Assembly: GCF_032444005.1 (NCBI RefSeq)
Contig: NC_091283.1
Location: forward strand, 177,072,001 to 177,136,000
Reading direction: 5' to 3'
Length of the DNA: 64,000 nt
Source: Ranitomeya imitator
Taxonomy: Eukaryota
Shown here: positions 11,301 through 23,300 of the stretch, piece by piece
Layout of the letters: each line of letters begins with the position of its first letter
Position numbering within the stretch: position 1 is the first letter of the stretch
Position numbers and translations under genes: made by a program
Notes under the pieces: generated by a model
The model's input: the letters and a program-made list of their open reading frames with translations, nothing else
Told to the model about the DNA's origin: nothing
Database searches by the model: none

Positions 11301-14300
11301 GGATTTGTGGAAGCAATGTACCGCAGCCTCTGTGAAAAGCAATGGCCGATAACCACCTGCAGCGGTCCTGTTCTAGTTCGCCATAAACTAAATAATGCAG
11401 CTAATTTGCAAACGGCATTGATTAAATATCCCTTACCATTTAGTGCACGCAGCTCCTATGCAGACCAATGCCATTAGGCGACAAAAGAAACCCATGTGTA
11501 GCCTGGCCCTGCAGCGGTGTGCCAGCGAGCAATGAGGGGGGCAGATATAAAGTAGTGATGTAACGGCAGGGATAGATTCCTGGTCTACAGCCGTGGAGAC
11601 ATCTGCACTGGGGCTGTGCACACATAACAGAGATTTTTAATTTAAACATTTAGATTTTTTTTTTTTTTTTTTAAATTCAAAGTTGCAAAGTTGGGAATAA
11701 GTTCAGGTCAGTAGGTAGATCGGGTACTGCCAGTTACAGAACCTACAAGATGCCTTACTCTTTGCAAATGTGCTATTTAAAGGGGTCTGCAGAGGAGAAG
11801 AGGAAGAAGTGATGACTTAGGTCTGATAGAGGGAATCGGCTGAGGATAGAGCACATAATACACGCTCTAATAATTGGAAATTAGCATTTATGGGCCTATT
11901 CTACAAGAGGCGGTAAACCTGCACTGCGAGTGACTTATACCCCCCTCCCCACAAAAAGCTCTTCAGTCAGCTGCCGCTCCACCATGCCAGCCACTTACTG
12001 ACACTTGGTAAAGTGGGAAGGATTTCATAGCACTCCTGACACGCCGTGCCCGGTTACAGCGGAGGAAAGCCAGGCAGCTGGTGTGACAAATGCTTGAAGA
12101 AAAGTGACACCGATATGCTTGATTTCAGACAATCCTCGTATCCTGCCAAGGCGAGCGCAGAGCCAAGAGGCAGAAAATGGCCGGATCGCTCATCAGGCCC
12201 GAGAGCATGAAAATATCCACCCGAGGCCCAGGCGAAAACACGTTACCGGGGGGGGAATTAGGGACAGCGGCCTGATGACAAATCCCCTATAATACCCAAA
12301 CATTGTAAATGCTGCTAATAAAAGAAAAAAAAAAAAATTGTTCCAATACTAATCCACAGGATACATAACAAATGTACAGTACACATGAAAAGTTTGGACA
12401 CCCCTGATCATCCAATGGTTTTCCTGGTTTGTATTGGAATGTGCATTTATAAATTCAGACTGAAGGCAGCAAAACCTCGAAGGGGCACATGGAAACACGG
12501 AGTAAAGAAACACATCAGAATGTGTGATACACCTTGGATTCCTCGGAGGACAGCTTTACACCCCTTCGCATTCTCTCCAGCAGCTTCATCAGGTAGTCAC
12601 CTGGAATGGCTACAATGAACAGGTATGCCTCATCAGGTGTTTTGCAGAGGCCATGTTGGTTCATAGCTCCATGCAGTGCTGTGCTCTATTCCACAATGGT
12701 TCCAAGCCAGAAAATTGCAAGAACCAAAACCACCAAGTAGAAAAAAAAACAACAGTACATCATTACTTAAGAAAAAAAAAATGAAGGTCAGTCAGCCAGG
12801 AAAATTGCTAGAACTTTGAAGGTATCCAAAATGCAATTGTAAACACCATTGTTTGCTATGATGAAACTGACTCTTGTGAGAACTATCCCAGCAAAGGAAA
12901 ACCAAGACTGACCTCTGCTGCAGAGGATAAGTTCATCAGTGTTACCAACTTCAGAATCCACAAATTGACAGCCCCGCAAATAACATCCCTCAATCTCAAC
13001 ATAACCTTTCCAGAGGGCACTGCAAGAAGTGGCCTTTATGGTCGAATAGTGGCTTTTCTTGCAACCACTGAGGGACAAAAGAGGGATTTTTGGTTCTTAC
13101 CGTAAAATCTCTTTCTTGGAGCCTTCATTGGGGGACACAGGTAACCATGGGTGTATGGTGCTGTCGCTAGGAGGCTGACACTATGCAAATAAAGAAGAAA
13201 TAACTCCTCCCCGGCAGTATACACCCTCCGACAGGCACCAGGCAACTCAGTTGGTGCAAAAGCAGTAGTAGGAACAAGTAAAAAAATTAAACTCAACCTA
13301 TGTACCAACCCAACAACGGCACGTTGGCCAACCCGGTACAACCTAAAGGGAGGGTGCTGTGTCCCCCAAGGAAGGCTCCAAGGAAGAGATTTTACGGTAA
13401 GAACCGAAAATCCCCCTCTTTCTCGCTTCATTGGGGGACACAGGTAACCATGGGACGTCCAAAAGCAGTCCCTAGGGGCGGGATATTCTGCAGAAAAAGA
13501 AAAGCTAGGTCGGCCGGTGAGAAACCGCCGCCTGCAGTATCTTTTTACCCAGGCTCGCGGCCACAGAAGCCCGGTATGCACCTTGTAGAATTTTACAAAG
13601 GTGTGAATGGATGACCATGTTGCGGCCTTGCAAACCTGTGTGAGGCCAAAGCTTGGTGACGAACTGCCCAGGAAGCTCCCACAGCCCGTGTAGAGAGTGA
13701 GCCTTCACCCCCGAAGAAGGCGGTTTGTCTTTGACATGGTATGCCTCCAGAACCACCGAACGGATCCAACAAGCAATTGTGGACTTGGAGGCGGGGAGCC
13801 CCTTTCAACGCCCTTCTGAGACGACAAACAGAGGATCAGCCTGACGAAAAGAAGCAGTTCTAGAAAGATAAATCCGGATAGCCCTGACCACATCCACCTT
13901 GTGAAGAGATTTCTCCAAAGGATGAACTGGGGAAGGGCACAAGGAAGGGAGGACGATGTCCTCATTGATGTGAAATGCCGAAACTACCTTTGGTAGAAAG
14001 GAAGGGACCGGGAACCACCTTGTCCTGGTGCAGGATTAGAAAGGGAGAACGACAGGACAATGCTGCCAGCTCAGAGACTCTCCTAATCAAGGTGATGGCG
14101 ACCAAGAAGGCCACCTTCCATGATAGAAGCGAGAAAGAGATCCTGACTCAGTTCAAAAGACGCACACTGGAGAGCGTCTAACACGAGGTTGAGGTCCCAA
14201 GGCTCGATAGGAGGATGATAAGGGGGAACTATATGAGCGACCCCTTGGATAAAAGGTCCTCACCTGTGGGAGAAAGGCCAGGTCTCTTTGAAAAAGGATG

Positions 14301-17300
14301 GACAGAGGAGAAATCTGACCCTTCAAGGTGCCCAGGGAAAGTCCCGAATCAAGACCCGAATCAAGACCCGCTTGAAGGAAACCGAGAAGGGATGGGAGGG
14401 AAAAGATCATAGGAAACAGACTATTGTCCTTTCACCATCAGAAAAAGGCCTTCCAACATCTATGGTAGATACGCGAGGAAGCCGGTTTTCTCACTTTTAT
14501 CATAGTCTGGATGACGCTGTGAGAAAAACCTGCATCCTCAACAGCCATACCATTAAATTCAGAGACCGAGAACTTGGGTGGAAGAGGGGCCCCTGCGAAA
14601 GAAGATCCGGACGATTCGGAAGTCTCCATGGAACGTCCGATAGCATGTTCACTAGTTCCGCATACCAGGACCTGCGAGGCCAATCTGGAGCTACCAAGAG
14701 GACAGGGACCCCTTCTATCTTGATCTTTTTTACGACACTTGGATCAAGGGGAGGGGTGGAAACAGATAAGGCATCTGGAACTGGGCCCATGAGATCACGA
14801 GAGCGTCGCATTCGACGGCCATCGGATCCCGAGCCCTGGAAACGTACTGGGGGACCCTGCGGTTTGCCCGGGAGGCCATTAAGTCGACATCTGGAACGCC
14901 CCACCTCTGGTCTCTCGTCCCCTCAATCTTCAACCAGATTTGTCACTCGCCCACCATGAGCCCTTGGTGACTGAGGAAGTCGGCTTCCCAATTGTCCACC
15001 CCTGGGGGATAGAGGGAATGTGGCTCTCCGCCCAACGCAGAATTATTGCCACTTCCGACATGACCTGTCTGCTGCGAGTCCCTCCCTGATGGTTTATGTA
15101 AGCCACGGACATGGCGTTGTCCGACTGAATGTGGACTGGCTTTCCCGAGAGGAGGGACTGCCAGTGGATGAGGGCTAGGAAGATGGCTCTGATTTCCAAG
15201 AGGTTGATAGGAAGGTGTGCCTCTTGAACAGTCCAGCGGCCCTGGGCCATGAGGTGGAGAAAGACTGCTCCCCACCCCTGAAGGCTGGCGTCGGTGGTGA
15301 TGACCTGCCAGCGGAGGGAAAGAAATGACCTCCCGCGCAGAATGGAGGTGGATAGCGTCCACCAAGTGAGAGACTACTTCACCTTGGGAGAGAGGCGAAA
15401 TGGGCGGTCCAGGGAAAGTGGGTTCCTGTCCCAGGCAGCCAGAAGGGCCAGCTGGAGGGGGCGAGAGTGGAACTGAGCATAGGGGACCGCCGCTTCCATG
15501 GAAGCGATCATTTTCCCCAGAACCCTAATGGCGAGGCGGAGAGGCAGAGGGTTCGGGCCCTTTAGTGCTCTGATACCCTGAGGAAGAGAAAGGAATTTCT
15601 CCTTGGGGAGGAAGACTTGAGCCTGAAAGGTGTCGAATTCCATGCCCAGGAACTCCAGACATTGAGATGGAATCAAGGAGGACTTCTGATAGTGGATTAT
15701 CTAACCGAGGCGAATAAGCGTGTCCAGGGTAAACTGGAGGCTCTGGCTGCAATCCTGACGAGACAAACCCTTGATCAGGAGGTCGTCGAGGTAGGGGGGG
15801 AATCACGAGAATCCCCTTTGAACGCAGAATGGCCATGACCGCTGCCATGACCTTCGTAAAGACCCTGGGAGCAGACGCCAGACCAAAAGTGAGAGCCGTG
15901 AACTGGTAATGATGTTCTTGAATCGCGAAATGGAGGAACCTCTGATGCTGTACGCAAATCGGGGTGTGCAGGTACGCATCCCGAATGTCCACAGAACACA
16001 GAAATTCTTTCGGTTCCATGGCAGCGATCACCGAGCGTAGTGATTCCATTTTGAAGTGCCGAATTCGGAGATGGCGGTTTAACTGCTTGAGATCCAAAAT
16101 TGGACGGAAGGAACCGTCCTTTTTTGGAACTATGAACAGGTTTGAGTAAAAACCCGAAAACAGCTCGCGATAAGGGACCGGAACTATGACTCCTGAGGCA
16201 AGGAGGGAATCGACGGCCTGGAGAAGCCCTGGGAGATGGGAGAGCTTTTTGGGAGGACGAGAGAGAAGGAAACGTCTTCCTGGGGGCGAAGAAAACTATC
16301 TTGTAGCCTGAGGTGACGATCTCCCTGACCCAGGCGTCGTCGACTACCGATAGCTAAACCTCTGAGAACAGAAGAAGCCGGCCTCCCACCCTGGAAAGAT
16401 TTCCAGGTGGGAGCGACACGTCATTTATTAGAAAATCTGTGGTCACGAGGTCCAGAAGGTTTTGAGGAGCGGCTCTTAGCTCTCCAGTGCTGGAGAGGCC
16501 TGAAAGAAGGCTTCCTGTTATGAAAGGCAATTCAGAATCACAATGGACATGGAGGTCAGAGCACATACAGTGAACTGACAATAACCCAAAATAATAGAAC
16601 GAGCTCTGAGACGTGGGAACTCTGCAGACCGCAATCCCTAAGCCTATCAAACCACACTAAAGGTAGCCGTGGAGCGCTCCTGACCAGAACCTAGGCGCCT
16701 CGTCACAGCCTGAGAAACTAGCTAATCCTGAAGATAGAAAAATAAGCCTACCTTGCCTCAGAGAAATTCCCCAAAGGAAAAGGCAGCCCCCCACATATAA
16801 TGACTGTGAGTAAGATGAAAACACAAACATAGAGATGAAACAGATTTAGCAAAGTGAGGCCCGACTAGCTGAACAGAACGAGGATAGGGAAGATAACTTT
16901 GCGGTCAGCACAAAAACCTATAAAAAACCACGCAGAGGGGACAAAAAGACCCTCCGCACCGACTAACGGTACGGAGGTGGTCCCTCTGCGTCTCAGAGCT
17001 TCCAGCAGGCGAGAAAAACCAATAAAGCAAGCTGGACAGAAAAATAGCAACAAAATAACATAAGCAAAACTTAGCTTTGCAGAGCAGCAGGCCACAGGAA
17101 TGATCCAGGGAAAAAACAAGTCCCACACTGAAACATTGACAGGAAGCATAGATCAAAGCATCAGGTGGAGTTAAGTAGAGAAGAAGCTAACGAGCTCACC
17201 AGATCACCTGAGGGAGGAAACTCAGAAGCTGCAGTACCACTTTCCTCCACAAACGGAAGATCCCAGAGAGAATCAGCCGAAGTACCACTTGTGACCACAG

Positions 17301-20300
17301 GAGTGAACTCTGCCACAGAATTCACAACAGCTTCCTCCATTCTCCTTGTGAGGAAGACCATTCCTGATGAGTGGGGTTTCCTGAGGAGGTAAAGGACCGA
17401 AAGGGGCGAAAGGACTGGGGGCCCCTCTTGTTGAAGGGACGCCTAAGCTTAGACTGAGGTAAGGAGGTACTCTTACCACCCGTAGCATCAGAGATCATTT
17501 CATCCAGCTGTGTGCCGAAGAGTCTGAAGCCCTGGAAGGGCAGGCCAGTGATGGATTTTTTAGAAGCGGGATCTGCGTTCCACGCTTTAAGCCAAAGAAC
17601 TCGGCGAATGGCCACAATGTTACTGTTAGGCTGGGTTCACACTGCGTTAGTGTGACCCATTTAACGGACTACGTTACACCGCGGCATAACGCGGTGTAAC
17701 GTAGTCCGTTAACGCCACCATTATTTTCAATGGCGGACGCATCGCTAGCGATGTGCCGTCATTGAGTGACGGACCCGAGACACGGGCTGCAGCGTTCCTG
17801 GGTCCGTCACTGCTAGCGCAGATGGAGCTAGCAGATTCTCCATCTGCGCTAGCGCTGTGCAAACATCGGCACTTGCGTCAGTGCAGTCCGTTTAACGGAT
17901 GTGTTGAATGGACTGCACTAACGCAGTGTGAACTTAGCCCTTGCCGAGCAAGCAGCCGCATCCAGGGAGGCATTCATGAGGTATTTACCCGCAAGGGAAC
18001 TCTGATCCTCCAAATCAGACAGTTCCTCAGCAGGAGCTGAGGCTAAAATGCCTCTGCGCAGGGTCTTGGCCCAGGCTGACACAGCTTTCGCTACCCATGA
18101 AGAGGCGAAACTAGGACAGAGGGAGGCTCCAGAAGCCTCAAACGCCGATTTTGATAACGCCTCAATTTGTCTGTCCGTGGAATCCTTAAGAGATGCCGCG
18201 TCCGGAATAGACAAAACAGTCTCTGAGGATAATCTAGACACAGGCGGGTCGACCCTAGGAGACTCGGACCATTTGATAACAAGGTCTGAGTGAAAAGGGT
18301 ATAAAAAACGTCCAGCAGTTTCCTTCCAAGGAAACGTTTACCAGGATTTTCCCAGTGTCTAGATGTAGTGTTGTCAAACTCCTTGTGATTAGGAAAAACT
18401 CTAGAGGGACGTCTAATCCGTTTAAATGAAACGGAGACGTCCTGAGAGGTTGTCTCTTCCTCCTTAAGCTCAAGCGTCTGAATAATAGCCGAAATAAGGC
18501 TATCAACCATGTCCTGTGTTCTGGAAGTCTGATCTGCATCAGAGTCAGATTCCGACTGAGGCCATGTCAGACCCGACGTCCACCTGCGAGGGGGAACGGG
18601 CAGATAGGGGTATCCAGGAGTGATCCGGTGAACTGGAAGAGGATCTAGACAGGGTCCTCTTCCTGTATCTTTTTTCAAGTCTGCCTCTGTGAGGGTCTTG
18701 GACAGGTGCGAGCGAATCGCCATGTGAGGCGTTCGTGGCACTGGTGGCATTAGATAGAAGCGGGATACGTTCAAGTGCCTGGACCAGGGACTGAGACACT
18801 TTAGTCAAGTCAGATACTGACTGAGACACTGCAACGGCCCACTCCGGGGGAGGGGGGTTGCACTCATCCCGAGACATAGGAGCTTCCTGAGGGACGGACA
18901 TGATGGGAGGAACGCAGGACGGGCAGAAAGGAGAAGGCTGACCGGAAGCCCACTTTTTCTTACAGCGAGCGCAGGCGTAGTGGATGACCGTAGTGGTATA
19001 TCTGGGGGCCCCTGCGGGGTTGGACATAGGTGGAGATAGAACCACTTGTAGCAGGTGCAGAAACGATACTGCAGGGAGGAGTACAGGCCAGGGAAGAAGC
19101 AGCGCAAGCCTACCGAAACCCAGCGACAGCGGCCGTGCGGGAGTCTGTGTCCCCCAGGGATCCTCGTGCACCACGCGACGGAGGCCGAGCAGGAGGAAGT
19201 CGGCTTCTCTCAGAGAACTGCGGGAAGAACGCGCCGAAGTGGGCGTGGCCAGGTGCAGAAGGGAGAAAGAGAACCTCCCAAGAGAAAAAAGGTGCTCGCC
19301 CGAAAAACGGGCGCGAAATTTGAAAATGGAGAGGAGCTAGAAATAGTGAAAGTTGCATGCCGCGCTAGCGGCTGAAAAGAGAAGATCGGTGCCGACTGGT
19401 GCGCGCAGGAAATCAGGTGACTGACCTCCTGTGCTCCCCACTAAGTGACACTGCCACTGCAGAGGTGAGGGGAGATTATATCTCTGGGGGAGGCATCGGT
19501 TGATTAAAGAGTCCCCTACCTGAAGACGAGGGTCCTGGAAATGAAGTCCTCCTTCCCGCGCTATTTCAGCCGGCGCAGAAGACTGTATCAACCCCTGAAC
19601 AGGGGGAGGAGGTCACTGGAGGTGACCACCGTCTTCCTCTCAGCCCACTCCGAGGAGAGGGATGAGGGGGGAACATCGCAAGGACTGGCCACCGATAGCG
19701 AACATGAACACCCCAGGGTGAGTCGAAGTCCTGCCCAGCGGATCCGAGAGGGTGCGATGTGGGTGATACCACACTGCTCTCTCGGTCGCTTACTGTGGGG
19801 AATCAGGGTGAGAAGAACTGCACCCTGTAGCCCCAAAAGAAGCATCTGAAACAAAAGGGAAAAAGATTAATAAACACACACAAAAACCTGAAAGAAAAAA
19901 ACGAATGCGGATCTGGTGTTAGATCCAGGTCCGCCTCCTACAGACACTAAGCAAAAACTGAGTTGCCTGGTGCCTGTCGGAGGGTGTCTACTGCAGGGGA
20001 GGAGTTATTTCTTCTTTATTTGCATGGTGTTAGCCTACTAGTGACAGCAGCATACACCCATGGTTACCTGTGTCCCCCAATGAGGTGAGAAAGAAAACAA
20101 GACAACAACCACAAAGTACTGCTTCGGAAGACATGGCCTCCAGAATCATCCAACCTCAACCCAATGGAGATGGCTGTGGATGAGTTGGACACAGAGTGAA
20201 AGCAAAGCAGCGGACAAGTGCTCAGCACCTCTGGGAATTCCCTCAAGATTGTTGGAAGCAATTTCCTCAAAGCTTTTCTTCACCAATGGACATATTGGAA

Positions 20301-23300
20301 ATTGTTCAATGAGGGGGAATGACCTCGCAATCTGGTTGTCCGGTCTAAAATGATAGGCGTGCAGTCACTGCAGACTTATGAATCTCCCCCAGTGAACTAC
20401 GAGGAGTCGCTGGTTTCTCCTATTATGGAGCAGGTGTAAACCGCTGCAGAATCCGCACAAAGTATTGACATGCTACAGAAAAAAAAAAACAACGCTGCGT
20501 TTCCATGCATTCTTTTCTGCAGCATGTGCACTGCGGATTTTGTTTTCCATGGTACTGTAAAAAGCATGGAAAACAGCTGCAGATACGCAGCGTCAAATCC
20601 GCTGCGGATCCGCAACGTGTGCACTTAGCCTTACACTTGCATTGCGAAAGGCCGCGCCACTAGACGGGATGCAGCCTCACTCAATACAAGTACATGGAGC
20701 AAGGCCGTGAACATTAGTTGGCTTCTGCCCGGGAGAATGTATAACGCATACTTCACCGCCATTCTCAGCTCCATCTGGCGAATCCCTGCAGTGCACCGTA
20801 CATGTGTTAGGGGGGAATCAGTCTGAAGTCGCGCAGTGACTGCACACTTATCGGTTTGACCGGACAACCCCTCTAAAATAGAAAGTGGTGGTAGATGTGG
20901 TCTCCTCTGAAGTGCTGGTTTCAATAACTGTCGTATTCTTTTTCTCTTTTGTTCCCTTCCCATTCTCTCTCTTCTCACCCTCCTTTCTTCTTCCCATTGC
21001 TCTAGCACATAACTATTTGGTTCATGTAAGAGCTTATATTAATATCACATCAGGCTGGTTATACTTATATTCCAATGTTTAACGATAATTTAAAGCTTAT
21101 TGTTAACTTATTATTGACCGTAACTGGAATGTTCAGTATTTATATCAATGTTGTTAAAACACAATAAAAATATTTAAAGTAAAAAAAAAAAAACAAAAAA
21201 AAAAAAAAACAGCGATGACCTGATAAAGCTGCAGAAGAGAAGCTAAGGGGGTGTAAAGTTGTCATCTCAGTAAAATATTGAACAGTCTAAGGTGTGACAC
21301 ATTCCGGTTTGTCTCACATGCGTTTCTTTACTCCTTAGTTCCATATTTGTTCCTTCCTTCAGTCTAAATCTATAATGTGCACATTCCTGTAAGAACAAGG
21401 AAAACCATTGCATAAGCAGGTGTGTCTGGGCTTATGACCAGGACTGCACGATCGGTGGGAATCCTGCTGCCGGGACCCCCACTGATCCTGAAAGCGGGAG
21501 CTCCTGAGTCCCCTTGTGTGACAATAGCGGTATTGAGCATGTGCGTCTACCACTTCCATAGACCATGAATGGCGCTGTGGTTGCACATACATGCTCACTA
21601 CCGATCGGGGGGGTCACCATAGCCAGACCCCCGAGCGATCATACATTCTCTAGATGCAATGTCCTCAGCTCCATGTAGACGATCATGTATAATAAATCTG
21701 CACTGGAAAGTACCAAGGACGACATGCCGCCTTCCAGCTGCTGCCACCAGGCCATGTCCTTCCTCAGTACATAGGGGACAAAGGTTGTTTGGCTACTCAG
21801 CATAGTACTGTAATATATCAATGCAAAAAATAAAAAATTACACGTGGAATGTTTAGGCTCCCTTTATTGCCACATGAAAAGGCAAGCAAAACTGATCACA
21901 TCCTGTCCTACACCCCAGTATATATACACAATATGTCCCATATACATCCTGCAGACCACCTGCCAGCTCTCCCCTCACCTACTGTATCCTCACCCATCCC
22001 TTGTAGATTGTGAGCCCTCGCGAGCAGGGTCCTCTCTCCTCCTGTACCAGTTGTGACTTGTATTGTTTAAGATTATTGTACTTGTTTTTTTGTTATGTAT
22101 ACCCCTCCTCACATGTAAAGCGCTAAGGAATAAATGGCACAAAAATAATAATAATAAATAATGTCATCAGCGCCACTTGCTGCGTCACTGTATAGCAGTA
22201 ACATATCGCGCCCTATAGACAGAACATGGCGGTATTACGCTACCTACAATAACACTGCCGCAGTATAGCATGACCGTCGCGCTGTCTTGTGATGGACCAC
22301 AACAAATACAGCACATTGATTGAAGGGGGATCAAAATAAATAAAAGGGTACACGTCACATCTGAACCAATGGATAACAATGAACGGTGACCATGAGGGAG
22401 AAAGTGAAAAAAAAAAAAAGGGACCACGTAAAATAGCTGGGCAAGCATCAGGGGCACAGGGTAGGGAAGCACAGGCAAAGCCGGAGCAAAATGGCAGGAG
22501 CTCCCCGTATAGCTCACCTTCATGTCTCCCAAACCGGGAAGGGAAACCCCATTGGATCTATGAAGATCTGATACCAGCCCCTTCAAAATGGCCTCAATCT
22601 GAAGATAGTGAGAAAACATAGAAAGAAGGGGAAAAGGCAGAGCAAGGAACACAACAGCGCGCTCTAGATTACACACAGCAGCCATATTGGACACTGATGC
22701 CAACTGACACAACTGGAGGCAGTCAGTAACTGAGTGCAGACCACCATAAAAACCCCCTGTGTAGGACAATGGGGAAGGTACAGTCCCTCACAATCCTGCA
22801 GGGTTATTTTCGGGACATCAGTAGAAGGGGTCTCAAAGATATCCCTACAGTGCACTCTGATATGGAGTGTAAAAGAAAAAATTAAAAAAAAAGTAAGAAA
22901 TACTTAGGATGCTCAGTTCTCATCGATAACACCCGGGTACAGATGGAGAGAAAAGCATGCTGAAGGTGTGAAGTTGTCAAGGGAACAATATAGAGCCCTA
23001 CTACTGTTCGCCAGGATGGGGCACGTCTGCATGGAGCGGTGGGGTAAATGATCCACCACAGCTCTACTCATGGTCTATAGGACTGCCAGAGATAACTGAC
23101 TACAACACTCATCATTCTCTGGCAAGCCCAAGGACAATGAATGGAGGGAGGGTCAAATACGCACTGCAGCTCCATGCAAACCGGGGACAGAGGGGCCCAG
23201 TTATGTTCGGAGGTAAAAAAACGCCACCTATCTAGAAGATACCGCCCATCCTATGGATAGGTGACAACTTGTTACCCCAGACATATTGTTACCACTACGA

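Larger units (their letters stand above)
13082..20097 (-). mobile_element. DIRS1-like tyrosine-recombinase retrotransposon, full length, decayed
   Basis: ITRs 13082-~13255 and ~19935-20097; internal complementary region ~13357-13455. Gag with N-terminal CxxC..CxxC from ATG 19027. RT ([34 protein letters not shown]), RNaseH ([32 protein letters not shown]), MT-like domain ([28 protein letters not shown]) and YR ([11 protein letters not shown]-like). Many frameshifts. Confidence 0.93.
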
